Shown here in pieces: positions 42,324 through 53,804 of a DNA stretch of 64,000 nt. The stretch is from Candidatus Latescibacterota bacterium (GTDB lineage Bacteria > Latescibacterota > UBA2968 > SICM01), in NCBI GenBank assembly GCA_965217865.1, contig CBDCJO010000002.1, forward strand, positions 640,001-704,000. Reading direction: 5' to 3'. The notes below the pieces were generated by a model. The model saw only the letters and a list, made by a program, of their open reading frames with translations. It searched no databases and was not told where the DNA came from. Both the position numbers and the translations under genes were made by a program. Position 1 is the first letter of the stretch; each line of letters starts with the position of its first letter.

Positions 42324-42899
42324 ATGGCTCAGGAATTTACTTTACCGGTTGAAACGAAACGATTAATCTTGCGGGATTTTGTCAAAAGGGATTGGGAACC
42401 CGTATTTGAGTTATATCGACTTCCAGAGACTTCCCATTTTGAAAGTTGGGATCCGATTGATGATAGAAAAAGGATAAAGGATCAAATTGTCCAAACCTGG
42501 ATAAGTAATCAGAGCAAGGTTCCCCGAACAGATTTTACCTTGGCTGTGGATCTTAAAGGGAAGGACCGTTTTATCGGCGTATGTGGTGTTGAAATTGATA
42601 CTGATACATCAGCCGGATCGGGAATTGGTGAGGTAGGATTTCGGTTTTTTCCGGATATTTGGGGGCAGGGTTATGCAACAGAAGCACTTAAGGGATTGAT
42701 AAGCTTTTCATTCGACGAATTAGGGTTGCATCGCATTTGGGCAGGTTGTGTAAAAGAGAATGTCGCTTCGGCCCGGGTTTTGGAAAAGGCTGGAATGCGA
42801 CTGGAAGGATGCACACGAAAAAGTTACATGATTGACGGAAGTTGGCACGATTCCTTACTTTACGGAATTCTCAGAACAGATGATGTTGGAGAAAACTGA
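42324..42899 (+). CDS. GNAT acetyltransferase (RimJ/RimL-like)
   Basis: ETKRLILR, WGQGYATEA, NVASARVLEKAGMRLEG. Confidence 0.9.
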   Translation: MAQEFTLPVETKRLILRDFVKRDWEPVFELYRLPETSHFESWDPIDDRKRIKDQIVQTWISNQSKVPRTDFTLAVDLKGKDRFIGVCGVEIDTDTSAGSGIGEVGFRFFPDIWGQGYATEALKGLISFSFDELGLHRIWAGCVKENVASARVLEKAGMRLEGCTRKSYMIDGSWHDSLLYGILRTDDVGEN

Positions 42900-43010
42900 A
42901 ATTCGGCCGTCGAAGATTCACGGTTTGGGAGTCTTTGCTGCCAAGGAGATCACCGGGGGTGAAGCAATCCACAAAATTGATGACTCACGTGTAGTAGACG
43001 ACCAACATCG
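42883..43010 (+). pseudogene. SET-domain protein, N-terminal fragment
   Basis: EIRPSKIHGLGVFAAKEI..GE.I. Confidence 0.6.
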
Positions 43011-43126
43011 ACGCGCTTCAAGGAAATTGAGGAAACTCCCTACAAGCCCGACCTCCTGCAATCGTGGCATCCCTCATGAGGCGGCCCGTCCCAGGGCCGC
43101 CTTTTAATGTCCGACCAGAATTCGAC

Positions 43127-43414
43127 ATGGAAACCATCACCGGAGATCACTTGATTGCAGAGTGGAAGAGGGAAGAGTGCCAACCCTTTCTTGGTTGGGA
43201 CTTTTCCTACCTCGAAGGCCGGTGTAAATTTCAAACTCCATCCTGGTCCTATGATAAAGTAGCTAGAGGTCTTATCGTGGATTCTCACGCCTTGTTGGAT
43301 CTCGGGACAGGGGGTGGTGAAAGGCTCGCCGAATTCAAGGATATCCTACCGGCCCGGACGACGGCAACGGAGGGGCATTTACCCAATGTCCGGCTGGCAC
43401 AAGAAAGGCTATAG
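43127..43414 (+). pseudogene. Class I methyltransferase, N-terminal fragment
   Basis: PFLGWDFSYL, LLDLGTGGGE. Cut at a head-on junction with the MetE-like gene. Confidence 0.7.
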
Positions 43415-44469
43415 GGGCTGAATCCACAGCTAGACGTCAATATGATGTGCTCCAGGGACACGTATTCCGTGACGCTCTTGAGCCTGCGAAACATCGCATC
43501 GAGTGTCTCCAGTGTGTAGTCGCTGGAATCGATAATTCCGAATAATAGTCGGGCTTCAGGTGGAAAATGTCTGAACGCCTCCAAATCCTCCGCTGTATCG
43601 TTGATCGCTAGACTGAACTGGTCACACCTCAGTCTCTCTATGATCCTTTGAAGAAAGCCGGCTTCTCGCCACGGAATACTTTTGTGATCAATCGCTCTGC
43701 AAATATGTACGGCTGAGGCCGCTGATCGCACGTGAGGGAAGAGTTGATTCAAGGAACTTGTGTAGCATTCGATCTCTCTTTCCAGGTTGAGGAGTTGGCG
43801 AAGTCGGGGGTCGAGCAACATCGTGATGCGATCGTCGTCGAACTGTATCACTTCGACTCCCAGGCGCTCGCAGTCTTGAATGATGGGCTTATAGTGTTTT
43901 ACGATGTCATCCAGATACGCTTCCTGGGTAGGATAGGCATCTCGTGAAAAGACCGGATGCCAGCTTGTGCGCATAATCTCGTAAGGTGACGGCAGGGTCA
44001 GCTTGACGGGTTTTGAAGCGTGCTTTTTCATCACCCGGGTTTCTCGTTCAAAGACGCTGTTGGTAAGGTCGCCATTCTTCCGCGCTAATTTGTCTACGAT
44101 AACTGCACCATATTTGAGCCACGCGGGGTTCAACCCGTGGGCACTGGGTCGCTCCCAAACCTGGTAAGCCTGGCCCACGTGGTGGTCCCAGTAGCGTCCG
44201 TCGTCCAGCAGGGTGGGGACGTTGATGCCGGTCGGCATGTATCCATCGAAGCAATCGTAGAATACCGAGAAATAGCCCGATCGCTGGATCTCTCCGTCGT
44301 TGACGATATCCAGCAGGAGGCTTTCCTGCTTCAGGATTATCTCCCTGGCCCCCTCCTCCAGGACGGCCAAGGCCGTCGGGTTCCGATACACGTTGTCGTA
44401 GTCTCGGAACTGGTTCAGGACCTGAACGCTCCGGGGAAGGCTGCCCAGCACACTGGTTTGCAGAGTCAT
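43285..44469 (-). CDS. Cobalamin-independent methionine synthase II-like protein; native C-terminus lost near 43410
   Basis: TSVLGSLPRS, DIVNDGEIQR, KLTLPSP, IQFDD, HICR, TSSCGF. Confidence 0.75.
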   Translation of the reverse strand: MTLQTSVLGSLPRSVQVLNQFRDYDNVYRNPTALAVLEEGAREIILKQESLLLDIVNDGEIQRSGYFSVFYDCFDGYMPTGINVPTLLDDGRYWDHHVGQAYQVWERPSAHGLNPAWLKYGAVIVDKLARKNGDLTNSVFERETRVMKKHASKPVKLTLPSPYEIMRTSWHPVFSRDAYPTQEAYLDDIVKHYKPIIQDCERLGVEVIQFDDDRITMLLDPRLRQLLNLEREIECYTSSLNQLFPHVRSAASAVHICRAIDHKSIPWREAGFLQRIIERLRCDQFSLAINDTAEDLEAFRHFPPEARLLFGIIDSSDYTLETLDAMFRRLKSVTEYVSLEHIILTSSCGFSPYSLSCASRTLGKCPSVAVVRAGRISLNSASLSPPPVPRSNKA

Positions 44470-44641
44470 TGGTATATTGCCCACAGATATTGGGGCTGAG
44501 AAAGCGGATACAATATAAAGAAAGGTCGTGAACAAGGATACCCTTAAGGATACGCTCACGACCTTCTCTGAACTTTATGCCGAAGCAGTTGCTGAGGAGA
44601 AATAGGAGTTGGTGAAACTCCACATCAACTGGATTGTTCAG

Positions 44642-44678
44642 GCGCTGACCTTCTAACGTCAGCGTCTCTTTTTTTTTT
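44642..44678 (+). terminator. Intrinsic terminator-like hairpin
   Basis: gcgctgac...gtcagcgt followed by a long T tract. Confidence 0.55.
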
Positions 44679-44899
44679 CAGAACTATTTCCGCTCTCGAG
44701 AGGTTTTAATAGAGCCTCTTGATATTTTCTTCAGGCGTAGGATGTGATTTTTATCACACTTAAGACTGACTAACAATGCAATTTGTTGGCAATATTTACT
44801 GAAAAAATTGGTCAACCAATGGCTGGCAAACAGAATCATTGGGGAGGTCTTTATTCCATTTCTTGTAACCTTTGAGGGTTACGTGCAAAATTAATTTCC

Positions 44900-44914
44900 T
44901 GGCACGGTCCTTGC
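44900..44914 (+). promoter_or_regulatory. sigma54 promoter
   Basis: TGGCAC-GGTCC-TTGC, a consensus -24/-12 element, 40 nt before ATG 44955. Confidence 0.75.
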
Positions 44915-44954
44915 GCATCATTAAGACCAGAATCTATCGAAGGAGGATAGCGTC

Positions 44955-45138
44955 ATGTCAGGAATTAAAATTCAACCAGGGGACAAGGTTATCTATCAGT
45001 GTCAGGACAATCTGACCTGGGGACCTTGGAGACTCCTTGACATCAATAGAGGTGTTGCAACTGTAAGTATTGGAAGTCTTTTCACGTATTCTTTACAAGC
45101 TAACCTGCTTTCAAAGGACAAAAGCGGAAAGGTACTAG
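44955..45138 (+). CDS. Small hypothetical protein; IS630 inserted in its last codons
   Basis: AGGAGG RBS. Removing the IS gives ...KSGKVLA-stop (GTA CTA GCT TAA). Confidence 0.6.
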
Positions 45139-46305
45139 TGTTATGTCCCAGAAATAACTTGACAAAGTAATGGATTCGTCTTATGGTTCCTTATACCCTT
45201 ATCCAAGGAGGAACCGATGAAAATGGGACGTCCATTGCAGCCATTGAACCTTAGTGATGAAGTCCGAAGTGAATTGAAGGCGATATCTGGTTCGCGGATC
45301 TTACCGCATTCTTTGGTGCGCCGTGCGAAGATCATACTGATGAGTGATATCGGACTCACGAATCTACAGATAGGCCAGAAGCTGGGACTGTCCTATGCCA
45401 CGATTGGGAAATGGCGTAATCGTTATTGTGCTCAAGGGCTGATGGGGCTTTACGACGAGATGCGTCCTGGAGGTCCACGTTCAATCTCCGACCAGAAGAT
45501 TGCCAGGCTCATTGGCAAAACCTTGAAGACAAAGCCAAGGCATGCAACTCACTGGACCTGTCGGTCCATCGGAGCTGAGACTGGGCTCTCCAAGTCCACC
45601 GTTCAGCGAGTCTGGAAAGCCTTCGGACTTCAACCTCATCGACAGAAACACTTCAGACTCTCAAACGATCCCTTCTTTGTAGAGAAGGTCAGGGACGTTG
45701 TCGGGCTCTACCTCAACCCGCCAGACAATGCTATGGTGCTCTGTGTGGACGAGAAAAGCCAGGTCCAAGCATTAGATCGAACGCAACCGATTCTGCCACT
45801 GGGTTTGGGTTACGTCGAAGGCGTAACTCACAACTACATCAGACACGGGACAACGACGCTGTTTGCTGCTCTAGAGATCGCCTCGGGAAAAGTGTTAACA
45901 CAATGTAAACCGAGACACCGTCATCAGGAATTCCTTCAATTCCTAAAGCACATCGAGGCAAACGTCCCGGAGGATCTCGATATTCACCTGGTCTTGGACA
46001 ACTATGGCACGCACAAGCACCCTAAAACCAAACAATGGCTTGCAGCCCGGCCAAGATATCAGGTCCACTATACACCCACTTACGCGTCCTGGCTAAACCA
46101 AGTCGAGATCTGGTTCAACATCATTACACAAAAGGCAATCCGCCGGGGTTCCTTTCGTAGCGTGAAAGATCTGGTCAATAACATCAAGAAATTCGCCGAT
46201 CACTACAACTCAAATTCAAAACCCTTTGTGTGGACTGCCACCGCAGAATCCATCCTCGAAAAGATTAAGCGACTATTTGAACTTATTGGCGGGACACGAC
46301 ACTAG
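45135..46305 (+). mobile_element. IS630-family element (transposase 45217-46305)
   Basis: LCVDEKSQVQAL, YIRHGT, VLDNYGTH, SWLNQVEIWF. Ends ctagtgttatgtccc / gggacacgacactag. Confidence 0.95.
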
Positions 46306-46416
46306 CTTAAAACTATTTATGTTCTTGATAAAATACCCATACCATATGGTGTGGGTATTTTCATCTCATCCAGTAGGAACGGAGGATGGCATAATCGGGG
46401 TTATGCCTTACTGATT

Positions 46417-46770
46417 ATGGCTAGCGTCGCTGTTATAGAGGATGATAATATTGTAAGAGATCTTGTCGTTCGTGCTCTTGAAACCAGGGCATATACTGTC
46501 CTGCCCTTTGAGGATGCACAACCCTTTCTGGATACAGACAATTATGAATTAGATTTAATCATTACTGATCTAAGAATGCCCACACCTGGGGAAAAGCTTA
46601 TCCAGGTTCTTAGGGAAAAGGGAATTAAAGTTCCAATCTTGGCTATGACCGGGGATCTTACCCAGGAAAGAATTGATAATTTGAGAACATTAGGAACCAC
46701 TGAAGTTATCGAGAAGCCATTTATGTTTGAAGAATTCCTGGACCTGGTTGAGAAACTGGTTTCTGCTTAA
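46417..46770 (+). CDS. Single-domain response regulator
   Basis: VIEDD, IITDLRMP, AMTG, KPF. Confidence 0.85.
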   Translation: MASVAVIEDDNIVRDLVVRALETRAYTVLPFEDAQPFLDTDNYELDLIITDLRMPTPGEKLIQVLREKGIKVPILAMTGDLTQERIDNLRTLGTTEVIEKPFMFEEFLDLVEKLVSA

Positions 46771-46840
46771 TTCACCTGGATTGGATGGATTGACAGATTC
46801 TGTTATCTATGAATGTAAAGACTGAGGAGGGGAGTCTGAA

Positions 46841-47275
46841 TTAGACCAACCGACTGCCTCTTCGCAGCCTGTAGATTCCATAGATCAAAATCCCCACACC
46901 CACAATCCACTCCGTTCCCACCGGGATCGATCGCGGTGTGGATATGACTCGAATATAATCGTCATCCAAGGCAGGGAACCCGGTCCCGATGTTATCAGTA
47001 GGTCCCGGAGGATCTCTGACGGTAAGGATATCGCCACCTGCGGCTCCAACCTTGAAGGCCTTACCTTGGGCGATACCTTTCATCTCTACGGTGATAAAGA
47101 AGAACTCCTCATTTGGTAAGGAGGAAACGAGTTCCGTGGTGCTGGGGGCGATCGTCGTAGGAGAATTGACGTTGACGGGGGTCTGTATCCCTATAATCGG
47201 GTCGTTGTCATCAAGCGTCCCATCGGTACTGCTTATCAGTTTCAACCCCACGAAATGAGCAGGACCTAGACCTAG
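46841..47275 (-). pseudogene. C-terminal fragment of a surface protein with an IPTL-CTERM-like tail, cut by IS1182
   Basis: ...RSIPVGTEW, then a TM helix, then RLRR. Frame is open up to the IS. Confidence 0.55.
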
Positions 47276-48801
47276 CAGCCCGTTGAAGAACTACCTTTCA
47301 ACGCACATAAACGGAAAAGACGCCTGGAGTGCGGGTCGGATAAATCAAGGTAAGGAGATTGAGCAGGAGACGCTGATAAGAGGTTAAAAAGGTGACCGAG
47401 GGCAGCAAACGTGATTGTAGGACGAGCAGTAGACGCTGCAAGGCCTTGGCCAGGTCCTGGAGGGCCTTCGGAGTACCTACGCCCATCACTTTGCGCATGA
47501 GCAGAGCCAGGTTGCAGCCCCCGATGTGGATCAGCAAACGCTTGAGGATATTGCCGCGGTCTCTCAAGTGCAACCTGCGCATGCCACCGGTATCATATGT
47601 GTGAGCGATGGTTCTTTCCACCCGTTCTGCACGACTTCGGCGCAAGGCCTTGCCGCGATCTCCCTTGATCCGGCGTCGATTCGCATATACCGCGGCCTGC
47701 TCATCTCGTCGGCCGTTCCACTTGCGGCGTCCCCGATCCGGTTCTGAAATGTAACTCCGGATGCCGCCTTGCTTCAGACTGGTCAATACATCGTTGCTAT
47801 GATATCCTTTGTCCGCAACCACCTCCCGTATACGCTGTCTGTGCAAACGTTTGGCAGCTTTTTCGTCCTTCGCGACCTGCTTGAGATTGAGCTGCGCCTC
47901 GAGCAGCGTCCAGGGCAACGACTCGGTATCTCCTTCATCTGCTCCCGACAACGCCACTGCCACAATGGCATTGGTGTCCAGATCCACCGCGTGCTCCACC
48001 TTGTGCACCATGTGCGTGCGACCGTCCTTCATCTTAGCGATCTTGGCATCCGGGTCGTGCGGGTGCTCCCAGTCCTGGTTCGATCCCTTCTTCGGTCGCT
48101 TCTTATCGATCTTGGACAAGTCCTCGCGGGTAGGCGTTTCAATGCCCGAGGCCTTGGCCAGATTCTCAAGGAATGCCTGGTAGCCTTCACCCGTGTCACG
48201 GCGTACAATGCTGCGCATCGCGGCGTTGGCCTCCAGTGTCGTAGCATCCACGCCCAACGTCTTCCCCTTCACCAGACCCGCTTTGCACAAGACCCTCAGG
48301 ATCCACTTGAAAACCGCTTCGTGAACTTCCAAGGGAAGCCGATGCCGGATGCGAGACAGGCTGGAATGATCCGGGGTCTGTTCGTCAAGGGCATACCCCA
48401 AAAACCGGCGCAACGTCAGCGAGTCAGATACACGCCATTCGATCCCACGTTCCGAATCAAGTCCCTCGAAATACCCAATCAAAAGCATCCGAAAATAAAC
48501 CCCGGGCGGAATGCCCTTGCGACCCATATGAGGAGCGTAATACCGCTGGCAAAGCCCCTCGACGAACTCGTCGAAGCCGTTCGCCCCCAATACCTGATTC
48601 AGCTTCTCGTAGAACGGATGACCCGGAGATTTCACCAAAGTGTTCGATGCGATGAACAGGTTTTCCTGTCTCTGTCGTCCTCGTTTTCCCATTGCCATTT
48701 GCTCGTCCTCCCTTCTCAGTTTGAACCTGATATATCATAGGACCAAACCACAAGGAAAGACAACAGTCATCTTGGCATAAACGCACTTTTTCAACAGGCT
48801 G
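47276..48801 (-). mobile_element. IS1182/IS5-like insertion sequence, copy 3 (transposase 47298-48698)
   Basis: Near-identical to copy 1. Flanks CTAG / CTAA. Confidence 0.93.
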
Positions 48802-50315
48802 CTAAGTGCGCCGCTCGCCAGCATGTGCACTATTACGCTGCGCGCATCCTCCGCCAACGCGGAATCTTCCGAAACCAGATCGACAGCAACCATCGCGCGA
48901 AGCACCGCTCGCGTCTTGAGAAGTCCATTCGAAACAACCGCAAGCGGCATCCCAATGCCAATAAACTCTTCGGTTTCCGCCGGAACAATCTCTTCAATAG
49001 GTTCAATACCTCGATCAGTTCGATTCAGAGCCGTCTTATAATCGTTAGCGAATACAAAACCCTCTATTAATGAGATCGGAAAATGTTTCGAGAAAGCTAT
49101 CACTACGGAACTAATCTCTTTGGCAACGGACTTCGCAAACTCTTCATCTCCGAAGCCCTCAAAGGAAACGAAATACTGGTGTGTTTCTTCTCGGACCGTG
49201 GCTTTCCATGACTTATTTGCTGCGTAACTTTTCTCCTTAAGTCGACTTTCATTGTCCGTATCGCGCAATAAATCTCCAATTGCTTCGACTGCAGAGGTAT
49301 CTGCCAATCTTTCAAAAGACGTGCGGATCTTTCCGCCGAGTTGCTCGATCAACTCAGAGAGGCTTGTTGAATTACGGTTCGCGAGAAAAAATGAGTAAGA
49401 AGCCTTTCCCGCGTGCCGATTGTACTGAGACAAGTCCATGTCCCAATCAATGTCCGACTTGCCTACAGCCAATCGGTCTGGCGCGAGTGCCAACACCACC
49501 GCCTCCAGCTCATCGGGACCTGTGAGCAGCAGAGGCTGCCATTCACGGCCATTGAACGCGATACTGGTACAATCGGGCAAGACAGCCCCGTCACCGTGCG
49601 CCGGCAGCACTTGCCACATCAGCTTGCTCAATTCAGCTACCCGGTCCTCAGGTGCCATCGTTTTTCCGAGAACGGTTACCTGTGCGCGCCGGCTTATCTC
49701 CGGCGCCCCGGCGCGAAGCCCCTCCAACGTTCTTGCCAAGTACGGGAATACTTCATCCAGAACATCGGAACTCCTCTCTCTCATCGCAACATAAAGCAAG
49801 TCTATGATCGTTCTTTCAGTAACCGGCGTGATTTCTGTTAACCCCAGCTTGGCCAGCTCGTCCGAAATCATGCGGCAGACAGGTTCCGGCGGACCGTGCC
49901 GCGGCAATTCAAAGAAAAGGGTCTCAGATCCACCGCATATCAAGTTTTGGACAGAATTTGAGACCGAGACGATAGCTTCCCTCATGGCTCCCCGCGTATG
50001 AGAAGAGCGAACCATCAAGTGTGCTACAACTTGGGCGATCTTTGCGCCGTCAATGACTTCGCTGATCTCGATGCGCCTGATTTCATCCACCGTCCTATGC
50101 AATTGAACTTCGTATTCAGTTATCAAGTCATCGAGTGTCGGCAATCCGTCTCCGGACGGCTTGGAATAGAAATAGTTTTGTGCCGCCGCGTCGTTTCTCG
50201 CCACCCGAATTGCGGTTGATTGACCTCTTCGATACATCCAAAGATGATCTCCTCGGCCGGGAATAACGAATGATTTCAGAAAATGCCGCGGGATGAAGTG
50301 TTGCTTTTTGCCCAT
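48802..50315 (-). pseudogene. DUF4238-domain protein, C-terminus cut by IS1182
   Basis: MGKKQHFIPRHFLKSF...AAQNYFY. The ORF reads into the IS end. Confidence 0.72.
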
Positions 50316-50348
50316 TATGTGCGTTCCTTCACCTACTGTCCGATCTGA

Positions 50349-50495
50349 TCAAGCAAGTTCGCGGATCCGGGGTCCGAGTAGCGCAGTCTCACCTGATTCA
50401 TTTTTTCCAACCAGGCAGGTGACATCGCCAATCTCGACCTCGGTCGAGTCCTGAATGCTCTGAAATTCCCTGACACGCGCCTTGGTAAGTTTCAT
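50349..50495 (-). pseudogene. AAA_15/OLD-like ATPase, N-terminal fragment
   Basis: MKLTKARVREFQSIQDSTEVEIGDVTCLVGKNESGETALL (degenerate Walker A). GAGG RBS. Confidence 0.7.
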
Positions 50496-50578
50496 CTTCT
50501 TTCACCTCAGACAGTAGAGACCCTCCCACATTGTGAGATTCTATCTTGAACACATCAGTCCTCAGCGCCCCTAATCAG

Positions 50579-50970
50579 CTACGGGACTGACAGGCTCCCA
50601 CCTTCAGCCCCTTGATGGTAGGTTGCTGTAAAGATGGTCTCAGAAAGCCACTTATGAAATGAAGGATTGTCACTGAACTGCTTGAAGAGTTCAGTGTGGT
50701 CGGAAAGCAATTCAATCACAGCCCGTTCGAGTGCCTTGTCGTGTTCAATTGCCGATCTTGTCGGCATCATGTGGAAGACGAGTTGCTTCTCCGCGTTCGC
50801 GATTTTCAATGGCAAGATTGGCGCGCTCTTCCGCCATACGGTGGCTGCGAACAGACCGCGCACGGGGTCGGGCTCGGTGCCCTTCCTGAGGATCTTCTTG
50901 ATGACCGGAGGCGCGGTCTCCGAACGCCCGGCTTCCTCCTTGAGCGCCTTGATCTCTTTGGCAGTGCAGG
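50579..50970 (-). pseudogene. Fused type I R-M remnants (HsdM internal piece plus HsdR C-terminus)
   Basis: APPVIKKILRKGTEPDPVRGLF (HsdM-like) joined to EHDKAL...DHTELFKQFSDNPSFHKWLSETIF (HsdR-like). Confidence 0.65.
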
Positions 50971-51180
50971 CGCTCGACATTGTCGGCGTGATCCTTTTGT
51001 TCTGCTTTGGATTGCCCCCAGTCGTGCCTTCAGGGAGTCCAGGAACCCATAATACGCTGTCCAGGGCCACCTGACGAAAAAGCAGCAAAAGGCTACAACC
51101 GTTACAAGAGGATTTCATGGCTGGCTCTTGGACTCCTCGTCTCTGGCTTTGCGTTACAAATCGTCAGCACCTGGAGACCA
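50971..51180 (+). pseudogene. Small membrane protein fragment, frameshifted
   Basis: LDIVGVILLFCFGLPP / ISWLALGLLVSGFALQIVSTW. Confidence 0.45.
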
Positions 51181-51647
51181 TTTGCCGTGTTCTACCGTTT
51201 CACCACGTGGCTTTTGAGGCTTTCTGGCTACATAATTGGAAGATGCAAGACAACGCTTCGGTTCCTGAAAATCAGGACGCAACACCTGGAACCTTTGAAC
51301 ACGCCTTAGTTAGGTGAGGCCGCCCTCGCTGTCGCCTTCGATTTCGTCGAGGAAAGAGTCTGCCTAAAAATCGAGCGACAGGGAATCAAGTTGGGCAGAC
51401 GAAGCAGGAAGAAAGTTCGTCTCCAGCTAGAGAAGATGCTTCGCGACAAAACACTCAGTTCTATTAAGGTGCCTGACTGGAAGTGGTGGTGTCACCAAGA
51501 GTTTACCATCCAGTTCACGGACCAAGATCAGCAGGGTCCCGCTGCTTTCACGTCGCACCTCATCGAGGTCGCTCCCAGTATTCTCAAAGATTCGCTCCCC
51601 TCGATGGGGGCTGCCGCTTTAAAGGATTTGAAGAGGGGATGGCCTAA

Positions 51648-52076
51648 CAGCCTGTTGAAAAAGTGCGTTTATGCCAAGATGACTGTTGTCTTTCCTTGTG
51701 GTTTGGTCCTATGATATATCAGGTTCAAACTGAGAAGGGAGGACGAGCAAATGGCAATGGGAAAACGAGGACGACAGAGACAGGAAAACCTGTTCATCGC
51801 ATCGAACACTTTGGTGAAATCTCCGGGTCATCCGTTCTACGAGAAGCTGAATCAGGTATTGGAGGCGAACGGGTTCGACGAGTTCGTCGAAGGGCTTTGC
51901 CAGCGGTATTACGCTCCTCATATGGGTCGCAAGGGCATTCCGCCCGGGGTTTATTTTCGGATGCTTTTGATTGGGTATTTCGAGGGACTTGATTCGGAAC
52001 GTGGGATCGAATGGCGTGTATCTGACTCGCTGACGTTGCGCCGGTTTTTGGGGTATGCCCTTGACGAACAGACCCC
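51648..52076 (+). mobile_element. IS1182/IS5-like, copy 4, left part only
   Basis: Matches the 5' part of copy 2 up to DEQTP. Confidence 0.9.
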
Positions 52077-52223
52077 AGCTTCAAGGAAAATCTCATACTT
52101 CTGTTCCGGGGACAAGCTCCTGCGCTTCTTGACCGGGTCACTGTTTGAGGACAGTTGCTCCATCTTTACTCCTCCTGTGAGGTCAGGGATATCCCAAAAT
52201 ATGTATCCCTTCTCAACCCTACA
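52077..52223 (-). mobile_element. IS3-family left-end fragment
   Basis: TG-starting end, AGGAGG RBS, orfA-like start KKRRSLSPEQKYEIFLEA. Confidence 0.55.
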
Positions 52224-52284
52224 GGCAACCAGGATCTTGCTTCGACCTTGCCCCCGTTTTTTCGGGCGATCTCAGACAAAAGAT

Positions 52285-53600
52285 AGGCCGAGATGTTTTT
52301 GCCCATCTTTAATGGGCTGATCCAGCGCGATCTCAATATTACGTATTTTGGATATGGATCTATCTTCCTTATTTTACTGATCATCGTGATCGCGGTCGGC
52401 CTGCTGGCCGGTAGTTATCCGGCTGCTGTACTGTCGCGCTTTCAGCCGGTGTCTGCGCTGAAAGGTGGGAAACTTATTGGAGGCCGCAGCAGGCTGACGC
52501 GCACCATCGTGATATTGCAATATACCGCGTCGATTGCGCTGATGATCTGTACGGGCGTGATGTTTGAGCAACAACACTATGTGCGCAACAAAAATCTAGG
52601 TTATGATCGGGACCAAGTCGTTGTTGTGTACGCAAAGAACAAGAAGCTTGCAGACCGTTTCAAGCATGAAATATTAAAAGATCCCCGTGTTTTAAATGCT
52701 ACGATCGCTGACCGCGCTTTTACGAGCGGCTGGAACAAGACCGGCTTAAAACTGCCCGATGGAACACGTTTCTCGGTACGCGTGCTCGGGGTTGATCCCG
52801 ACTATCTGTCCACGCTGAGAATTCCCCTGCTTGCAGGCCGCAACTTTTCCGAGGCACATCCATCAGATCGTGAACAAGCTGTGTTGATCAACGAAAGCCT
52901 GGCACAAAAACTTAAAATGGATAATCCCATAGGCCGCTTGCTGCCGGGGTTTGACTGGAACGGTTTGAACCCGATCGTTATCGGGATTATAGACGATTTT
53001 CACATCGACTCGTTGCACAAAAGTATTCAGCCGCTGGTTTTGCAGATGAAACAGTTTAACAGCGGCCCGTATCTGCTCATCCGCATTCGCCCTGAAGATG
53101 TACTCGGTACGCTAGCGTTTTTAAAAACCATCTGGCAGGATGAGGACCCCAACGGGTTATTATCCCATTGGTTTCTGGATACCGCACTTGATCGGCAATA
53201 TCGCGATGAACAACGCTGGGAGCGGGTGCTCATTTATTCGGCGCTGTTTGCGATTACGATTTCTTGCCTCGGTTTGTTGGGGCTGGCGTCTCTGGCTGTG
53301 GCACGACGAACAAAGGAAGTCGGGATACGGAAGGTGCTTGGCGCATCGGTGGGACATCTGGTAGGATTACTGTCGAGGGATTTCGTAAAGCTGTTGGTTG
53401 CGGCGAATGTGATCGCGTGGCCAGTAGCATATTGGGCAATGGACAAATGGCTGACGAATTTTGCCTACCGCATCGAGCTTAAGGTTGACGTCTTTATATT
53501 AGCTGGCATGTTAGCGATTTGCATCGCTCTGTTGGCGGTGGTTCTTCAGACACTCAAGGCTGCGCGGAGAAATCCTATAGATGTCCTTCGATATGAATGA
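52285..53600 (+). pseudogene. MacB/FtsX-type ABC permease, 5'-truncated
   Basis: LAGSYPA..LSRFQPVSALKG, RRTKEVGIRKVLGAS, NPIDVLRYE. Confidence 0.85.
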
Positions 53601-53643
53601 AAGACCAGACAAGGTGATGCCGCGTACCTGATTGAGGTGTTAA

Positions 53644-53725
53644 TCACTCATACCGCAGCGCTTCCACAGGATTGACCATCGCGGCGTTGATGGTTCGAAA
53701 ACTGACGGTTATCAAGGCGATTACC
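53644..53725 (-). pseudogene. Second ABC permease, extreme C-terminal remnant
   Basis: VSFRTINAAMVNPVEALRYE-stop on the minus strand. Confidence 0.65.
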
Positions 53726-53804
53726 ACCGTTAGAAGCCCACCTAAAACAAAGGTCCACAAACTGATATTTATCCGATAGTTGAAGTCCTGCAACCACTGA
53801 TCCA

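Noticed and set aside
51300-51648. attC remnants (gttaggt, gttgggc, gcctaac)
   Set aside because: Only isolated core heptamers; I could not build an attC fold.
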